Assembly: GCA_016283195.1 (NCBI GenBank)
Contig: JAEEML010000018.1
Location: 1-41,646, forward strand
DNA length: 41,646 nt
Direction: 5' to 3'
Source of the DNA: Deltaproteobacteria bacterium
GTDB taxonomy: Bacteria > JAEEML01
The notes below the pieces were generated by a model. That model ran no database searches and had not been told where the DNA came from. It saw only the letters and a program-made list of their open reading frames with translations. Positions within the stretch are counted from its first letter, which is position 1; every line of letters starts with the position of its first letter. This document shows positions 36,010 to 41,646 of this stretch, one piece after another. The position numbers and the translations under genes were made by a program.

Positions 36010-38136
36010 TCACTTTTCGGCCGTTTTTTTAGCCGGCCTAAAGAGCATAAAGCCCATAAAGCCCAGAGCGATAGCGGCAAAAATCACGCCGACCACACTG
36101 GCTTCGCCGCTAAAAAGCATACCGAATTGGTAAATAATAAAGGCGATGAGGTAAGCAAAAACGCACTCGTAAGCAATGGCAAAAGCCGTCCACTTGCCGT
36201 TATTCATCTCGCGTTTAATGGCGCCGATAGCGGCAAAGCAGGGAGCGCAGAGCAAGTTAAAGACGAGGTAGGAATAGGCAGCCAGCGGGGTAATGGATTC
36301 GCGGAGGGCAGCCCACATTTCGGCACCGTCTTCGGCCACTTCGCCAAAGCCATAAAGTACGCCCAAAGTACCAACCACATTTTCTTTGGCAATGAGGCCG
36401 GTGATAGCCGCCACAGCCATTTTCCAGTTACCCCAGCCAAGAGGAGCAAAAATGGGAGCAAAGAAGTTGCCGATGGCCGCCAAAATGCTCTCTTCCATCT
36501 CCACCATGCCAAAGCCCTCGGCGCCAAAACCGAAGCTGGAGGCAAACCAAATAAAGATGGTGGCAAAGAGAATAACGGTACCGGCCTTTTTAATGAAGGA
36601 CCAGCCGCGTTCCCACATGGAGCGCAAAATATTGGTAACAGTGGGCCAGTGATAAGCCGGGAGTTCCATAACAAAGGGAGCCACATCGCCTTGGAATGGT
36701 TTGGTTTTCTTCAAAATAATACCAGAGATGAGGATAGCCGCCACACCGATAAAGTAGGCGCTCGGGGCCACCCAGGCCGCTTCATCAAAAAGCGCGCCGG
36801 CAATGAGGGCGATAATGGGCAGTTTGGCGCTACAGGGAATAAAGGTGGTGGTCATAATGGTCATTTTGCGGTCGCGGTCGCTCTCGATGGTGCGGCTCGC
36901 CATAACACCGGGCACGCCGCAGCCGGTGCCGATGAGCATGGGGATAAACGACTTGCCGGAAAGGCCGAATCTTCTAAAAATTCTATCCATAATAAAGGCC
37001 ACGCGGGCCATGTAGCCACAAGCTTCCAAGAAGGCCAAAAATGCAAAGAGTACCAGCATTTGCGGCACAAAACCGAGGACGGCGCCCACACCGCCGATAA
37101 TGCCGTCAACGATGAGGCCAGTGAGCCACTCGGCGCAGCCGATGCCGGAAAGCCAGCTCTGCATACCCGGGCCAATCCATTCGCCAAAGAGGGTGTCGTT
37201 GGTCCAGTCGGTGAGCCAGCCGCCGACGGTGGTGATGGAGACATAATAGACCAAAGTCATCACGGCGGCAAAGATGGGGAGGCCCAACCAGCGGTTAGTG
37301 ACTATGCGGTCGATTTTATCGGAAATAGTCATTTCTCCGGCTTTGGCTTTTTTATAACAGCCCTTAATTATTGAGGCAATGTAAATATAACGCTCGTTGG
37401 TGATGATGGATTCGGCATCGTCGTCGAGCTCTTCTTCGGCCGCCTTGATATCGCCTTCGATATGTTCCAGAGTATTGGCGGGAATAGCCAGCCTCTCCAG
37501 CACTTTGGCATCGCGCTCGAAAATTTTGATGGCATACCAGCGCTGCTGCTCTTCCGGCATATCGTGGAGCACCGCTTCTTCGATGTGAGCAATGGCATGC
37601 TCCACCACCCCGCTGAAGCTGTGCTTCGGCACCATTGGCCGCGCCGCTTTGGCGAGCTCAATAGCTTTATCGGCCGCTTCTTTGATGCCCGTCTCTTTTA
37701 AGGCGGAAATCTCCACCACCGGGCAGCCAAGCTCATTTGAGAGCTGCTTGGTATTAATCTCATCGCCATTTTTCTTAACAATATCCATCATATTGATGGC
37801 CACAACCACCGGAATGCCAAGCTCAACCAGCTGAGTTGTGAGGTAAAGGTTGCGTTCCAGGTTAGAGCCGTCAACGATGTTCAAAATGGCGTTTGGCCGC
37901 TCCAAGGTGAGGTAATTACGCGAAACCACTTCCTCCAAAGTATAGGGAGAAAGGGAATAAATACCTGGTAAATCGGTAATAATCACCTCTTTATTGTGTT
38001 TAAGTTTGCCCTCCTTCTTCTCCACCGTCACGCCGGGCCAGTTGCCCACAAACTGGTTGGCGCCGGTTAAAGCATTAAAAAGCGTGGTTTTGCCGGCATT
38101 GGGGTTGCCGGCTAAAGCTATCTTGATCTCTTGCAT
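36010..38136 (-). CDS. feoB: Ferrous iron transport protein B
   Basis: GNPNAGKT, VGNWPGVTVE, DLPGIYSL, NMMD, GYMAR, GCGVP, PCSAKL, FVMELP, PCFAA. Confidence 0.98.
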   Translation of the reverse strand: MQEIKIALAGNPNAGKTTLFNALTGANQFVGNWPGVTVEKKEGKLKHNKEVIITDLPGIYSLSPYTLEEVVSRNYLTLERPNAILNIVDGSNLERNLYLTTQLVELGIPVVVAINMMDIVKKNGDEINTKQLSNELGCPVVEISALKETGIKEAADKAIELAKAARPMVPKHSFSGVVEHAIAHIEEAVLHDMPEEQQRWYAIKIFERDAKVLERLAIPANTLEHIEGDIKAAEEELDDDAESIITNERYIYIASIIKGCYKKAKAGEMTISDKIDRIVTNRWLGLPIFAAVMTLVYYVSITTVGGWLTDWTNDTLFGEWIGPGMQSWLSGIGCAEWLTGLIVDGIIGGVGAVLGFVPQMLVLFAFLAFLEACGYMARVAFIMDRIFRRFGLSGKSFIPMLIGTGCGVPGVMASRTIESDRDRKMTIMTTTFIPCSAKLPIIALIAGALFDEAAWVAPSAYFIGVAAILISGIILKKTKPFQGDVAPFVMELPAYHWPTVTNILRSMWERGWSFIKKAGTVILFATIFIWFASSFGFGAEGFGMVEMEESILAAIGNFFAPIFAPLGWGNWKMAVAAITGLIAKENVVGTLGVLYGFGEVAEDGAEMWAALRESITPLAAYSYLVFNLLCAPCFAAIGAIKREMNNGKWTAFAIAYECVFAYLIAFIIYQFGMLFSGEASVVGVIFAAIALGFMGFMLFRPAKKTAEK

Positions 38137-38185
38137 AAGTCACTCCTATTGTTTTTATATGCGTCTAATTCACAAAACAAAAAAA

Positions 38186-38407
38186 TTACTCCACTTCAAT
38201 AAGCTCGGCATCCTCTTTACGCAGAGAGAGCTCATAGCCGCGCACGGTTATTTCGATGGGGTCACCCAGGGGCGCCACTTTGCGCACATAAATTTCCACC
38301 CCTTTGGTAATACCCATATCCATAATGCGCCGCTTAAGAGCCCCGGCGCCGCCCAGCTTTTTTACTTTTACCGTTTCACCGATTTTCACATCTTTTAATG
38401 TTGCCAT
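38186..38407 (-). CDS. feoA: Ferrous iron transport protein A
   Basis: RRIMDMGITKG, APLGDP, RGYELSLR. ATG at 38407 after AAGGAG. Confidence 0.95.
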   Translation of the reverse strand: MATLKDVKIGETVKVKKLGGAGALKRRIMDMGITKGVEIYVRKVAPLGDPIEITVRGYELSLRKEDAELIEVE

Positions 38408-38418
38408 TTTCTGCTCCT

Positions 38419-38631
38419 TCAAATCATGATTTTGCTGGCCATTTCCTCCGAAACAGCCACGCGTGATTCTTTAATGTTTACAATGAGATTGCCGCCGGTG
38501 CGGTTAACTATGGTCACCTGACCGCCGGCGACAAAACCGAGGCTTTCCAAAAACTTGCGCATCTCCGGCTTGCCGCCCACCTTCTTGATGGTATTTACTT
38601 CGCCCGCCGAAGCCAATGTTAGAGGCATCAT
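38419..38631 (-). CDS. feoA: FeoA family protein (second paralog)
   Basis: MMPL...G...IKKVGG...FLESLGFVAG...IVNIKESRVA...ASKIMI. Confidence 0.92.
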   Translation of the reverse strand: MMPLTLASAGEVNTIKKVGGKPEMRKFLESLGFVAGGQVTIVNRTGGNLIVNIKESRVAVSEEMASKIMI

Positions 38632-38650
38632 ATTCTCCTACCTTTGTTAC

Positions 38651-38714
38651 GAGAATTAGCCATATCTAATTCTCCGCGGTTTCACCTTTTAGACATATCT
38701 AATTTGATTGTCAA
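38651..38714 (-). promoter_or_regulatory. feo promoter with two palindromic operators
   Basis: Perfect inverted repeat GAGAATTAG-CCATAT-CTAATTCTC (38651-38674). A second box, TTTTAG-ACATAT-CTAATT (38687-38704), overlaps the minus-strand TTGACA-17 nt-TAAAAG promoter. Confidence 0.75.
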
Positions 38715-38761
38715 ATCTTTTTTTTGTGGGGCTGATTATTTCTTATTTTTCTATATAAAAT

Positions 38762-39697
38762 TTAGCGTCCGCGGAGCAGAATCAGTAATTCGACATTGGT
38801 TAGAAATTTGCTGCCCCACAAATGATATTTATTTAATATTCTTAGTTTTTCTTGATATGAGCAGCCAGGCAATTTGCTAAAAGCCATAATCTTTTCTTGG
38901 GCTATAGAGGGCAACACATCTTTATACTGCTCTAAAAAAGCCGCAGCTTGCCTAGCCCGCCTGGTTAAATCATGGTTACATTTTTCCGGCAACTTTAATA
39001 TTTTGGCCGGGTTCAAATGATAAGCTCCGCCCAGACTATTATGGCCATGTTGGCGATAATACATGGTTTTTGTATCAATAAAAGCTACTTTTCCGCAAGC
39101 GGCGGCCAAAATGGCCAGCCAGTAGTCATGCATTAAAGCCTCCTTCGGTAACGGCCGCAGCAAAGAAAAGAGGGCTTTATTAATGGCCATCGTGCAACCG
39201 GTGACAACATTTTGTTGCAATAAAGAGCCCAGTGAACGCGAACCACGAGCCTTTTCACTATCCGTAAGGCTGGATAAAGAGGGCTTATATGGTTTAAGGC
39301 GCTCATCACTCAAAAAGTAAGCAGTGTGAACTAGCAAAGGGCCGAAATATCCATTTTTCTCATACTGATTAAACTTTTGCAAAGTGAGCTCTATCTTGTT
39401 TGGCAGCCAAACATCATCTTGATCGCAAAAGAAAATATAATCAGCCGGTGGCACATTGGCCAGGAGGTAAGCAAAATTGCCCATAGCTCCTTTATGACCT
39501 CCTAAGCGCCTGGGCAAAAGTTGCAGGCGGCCGGGATAAGAGGTCTCAAAATGGCTGATAATAGAAAGAGTATCATCACTTGAGCCGTCATCAGCCACAA
39601 AAACAGTAAAATCCTGTATCGTTTGCGCAAAAAGTGAGGCCAGCTGCTCTTTTAAAAAAGCCGCACCGTTATAGGTAGCCAGAAGAATATTTATCAT
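38762..39697 (-). CDS. Glycosyltransferase family 2 (rhamnosyltransferase-like)
   Basis: ILLATYNG..FLKEQL.S, DDGSSD, CDQDDVW, TGCTM, HDYW, YRQH. Confidence 0.9.
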   Translation of the reverse strand: MINILLATYNGAAFLKEQLASLFAQTIQDFTVFVADDGSSDDTLSIISHFETSYPGRLQLLPRRLGGHKGAMGNFAYLLANVPPADYIFFCDQDDVWLPNKIELTLQKFNQYEKNGYFGPLLVHTAYFLSDERLKPYKPSLSSLTDSEKARGSRSLGSLLQQNVVTGCTMAINKALFSLLRPLPKEALMHDYWLAILAAACGKVAFIDTKTMYYRQHGHNSLGGAYHLNPAKILKLPEKCNHDLTRRARQAAAFLEQYKDVLPSIAQEKIMAFSKLPGCSYQEKLRILNKYHLWGSKFLTNVELLILLRGR

Positions 39698-39746
39698 GCC
39701 GTAACCTCTTAATTTTCGCTATGTTACCAAAATCAAACTACTATTC

Positions 39747-40691
39747 TTAATATTTTGATTTATGTTCTCCGCGCTGGCGCCAGCGGTCGTGCAGCCACAT
39801 CCATTCCTCAGGATGCGCGCGGATAACATCTTCATAAAAGTTATTAATGCGCATATTTAGCTCATGCACGAAAGCCGCTTTATCTGCTGTCTCCGGCCTT
39901 TTAATGGCAATAACCGCCATTTCGTAGCCGCCGCCAGGTTTTCTCAGCATAGAGACGCCCAAAACGGCCGCCCCGCTTGCGTAAGCCAGCTCGGCAGCTC
40001 CTGTCGCCGTCCAGGCCGGCCGGCCGAAAAAGGGCAAATATTCGCCTGGCACCTTCATGCACTGATCATTCAAAATGCCGATGATGTGCCCCTCTTTTAA
40101 AAGGCGCACCATCTCCGGGCGCAGGGAGTGATGGCGCTCCCGCCACAAGATGGTGAGGCCACTTTGGCCGCGCCAGCTCTCTACCAATTCTGTTAGGCGC
40201 GGGTCATAGAGCTTTTTGGCTACAGCGTAAAGCGTGCCGCCCAGTTCCGGCGCCACCTGGGCCAAAAGCTCCCAATGGCCAAAGTGGCCGGTCATGGCCA
40301 GTACTCCCCGCCCCGGGGCCCGGGCCGCATTCCAGCACTCTCCGGCCCCCGGGGCAAAGGTCACCCAGTTGGCATCAAGAGCGCGTTTTTTGGGGGCGGT
40401 AATGATCTCCGCCGCCGCTTGGCCAATATGAATAAAAGATTTTTTCGCTATTTGCCGCTTTTCCCGCCGGCTATAGCTCTCGCCAAAGGCCAGATTGAGA
40501 TTTTTAATGGCGCGGCGGCGGTCGGGAAAGTCCAAATAATAGCCCAGAAGGCCCAAAAAACGGCCCAGCGCGGTAATGAGCGCTATAGGCAAATGGTGCA
40601 CCAGCCACAAAAGCGCGCAAATAACCGCGTAAATAATATTATTTTTGAATCTTTGTAATGGCCGCCAGTTAGCGGGGCTCCTTGCCATCAT
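39747..40691 (-). CDS. Lipid A late acyltransferase (LpxL/HtrB family)
   Basis: NLNLAF, GHFGHWEL, NDQ, FFGRPA, PEEWMWLHDRW; adjacent to kdsC. Confidence 0.88.
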   Translation of the reverse strand: MMARSPANWRPLQRFKNNIIYAVICALLWLVHHLPIALITALGRFLGLLGYYLDFPDRRRAIKNLNLAFGESYSRREKRQIAKKSFIHIGQAAAEIITAPKKRALDANWVTFAPGAGECWNAARAPGRGVLAMTGHFGHWELLAQVAPELGGTLYAVAKKLYDPRLTELVESWRGQSGLTILWRERHHSLRPEMVRLLKEGHIIGILNDQCMKVPGEYLPFFGRPAWTATGAAELAYASGAAVLGVSMLRKPGGGYEMAVIAIKRPETADKAAFVHELNMRINNFYEDVIRAHPEEWMWLHDRWRQRGEHKSKY

Positions 40692-41229
40692 GAGAATGAA
40701 CCTTGGCTATAATAGAGGTGATTTCGTCCCAATGGCCCTGGGATTTTAAAATAAGATTGCACACTTCGCGCACTGCCCCAAAACCGCCCGGGCGGCTGGT
40801 GACATAATCAGCAGCCGCTTTTACTTCATCTTCGCCGTCAGCGGGGCAAAAAGTAAGCTGCGCCACCTTAAAGGCGGCGAGATCCGGCAAATCATCGCCC
40901 ATATAGGCAGCTTCGCTCGCCTTAAAGCCATGTTTGGTGAGCAGCTCATTTAAAGCCACTCCTTTATCCAGGCGATTGGTAATGCAATCCAAAAGGCCAA
41001 GAACTTCCGCTCTTTTGGCAAGAGCCTCACTATAGCGGCCGCTGATAACAGCCACCCTTACCCCGCTTCTTTGCAGCATTTTAATGCCGAGGCCATCGCG
41101 GGCCGACATGGAAATAAGCGGGCTATCAGTGCCGTTTAAGAGCATTTGCCCATTGGTCAGCACGCCGTCGCAATCCAAAACCAGGATTTTAACGGCTTTT
41201 AATGATTCATCCAACAGAGCTTTATCCAT
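40669..41229 (-). CDS. kdsC: KDO 8-phosphate phosphatase (HAD)
   Basis: LDCDGVLTNG, DGLGI, ISGR, YMGDDLPD, GGFGAVREV. Start placed at ATG 41229. Confidence 0.9.
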   Translation of the reverse strand: MDKALLDESLKAVKILVLDCDGVLTNGQMLLNGTDSPLISMSARDGLGIKMLQRSGVRVAVISGRYSEALAKRAEVLGLLDCITNRLDKGVALNELLTKHGFKASEAAYMGDDLPDLAAFKVAQLTFCPADGEDEVKAAADYVTSRPGGFGAVREVCNLILKSQGHWDEITSIIAKVHSHDGKEPR

Positions 41230-41300
41230 AATAATTCCCGCCGCTATAGAGCGGCTCAATTCATTTTGTTTAAATAGCTATTAGGAAATTTTTGCAACTG

Positions 41301-41646
41301 TCAATTGCAACTGCCGCTATGAGAATCGCAACCTTCCGTGCATGGATAACTACTTAATTGTTCATAGGTTGTGCCGGCGGTAGTCATTACGCATTTAACG
41401 GTAATGGCATTCCAGTCCTGACAATAATTTCTCACTTCTCCTTCGGTGCATCCGGCGCTTTCCTCGTCGGCACAAAAAGCAAAAGTGTCGGCAGCTCTAA
41501 TCAGGCATTTTTTATCCTTGGCACCGCAATCCAAAGCACGCACACTGTCGCCTTCGCAATAATAGGCTTTTTCATCAACACAGCGCTCTTTAAAAAGAGG
41601 CGTACATTCATCGCCGGGTTCCAAATCTGTACCTTGGTCGCTGCTA
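41301..41646 (-). CDS. C-terminal part of a Cys-rich secreted-type protein (start outside the window)
   Basis: Frame is open to the window end; regularly spaced Cys (CTPLFKERC...YYC...C...C...C). Confidence 0.7.
   Translation of the reverse strand, partial: SSDQGTDLEPGDECTPLFKERCVDEKAYYCEGDSVRALDCGAKDKKCLIRAADTFAFCADEESAGCTEGEVRNYCQDWNAITVKCVMTTAGTTYEQLSSYPCTEGCDSHSGSCN

Noticed and set aside
36127-37374. 415-aa plus-strand ORF
   Set aside because: Antisense shadow of feoB caused by codon bias; no recognisable features.

Overview
Gene-dense chromosomal window from a diderm bacterium. Ribosomal/RpoA sequences, class II RNR, a full-length Wzc plus a PHP-type Tyr phosphatase, Cys-rich repeat lipoproteins and a sigma54 promoter suggest a Myxococcota/deltaproteobacteria-like, probably anaerobic organism (inference). 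Contents in order: (1) a tightly coupled phosphonate operon (cytidylyltransferase-PEP mutase fusion, phosphonopyruvate decarboxylase, metallophosphoesterase, extended SDR, and a LicC-like nucleotidyltransferase cut by the window edge), divergent from wzx and a GT2; (2) an unannotated ~130-nt candidate small RNA with a consensus sigma54 promoter, upstream IHF-like and enhancer-like sites, three stem-loops and an intrinsic terminator; (3) nrdJ and a pepD-hyp-zapA-hyp-cpsB-recO run; (4) a beta-helix lipoprotein, a membrane protein, an RluA-family synthase, wzc, a Cys-rich repeat lipoprotein and a PPC-repeat lipoprotein/sulfatase-fold pair; (5) a stand-alone rpmJ-rpsM-rpsK-rpsD-rpoA-rplQ operon with a candidate leader pseudoknot; (6) hppA, a tetraheme cytochrome c and a DMT transporter; (7) a feoA-feoA-feoB-Cys-rich peptide-outer membrane protein unit marked by four AATTAG-N6-CTAATT-type boxes; (8) LPS genes (GT2, lpxL-like, kdsC). 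No tRNA, rRNA, CRISPR array or mobile element was recognised. The strongest leads are the sigma54 sRNA, the non-canonical phosphonate pathway, and the Feo unit with its own outer-membrane protein.
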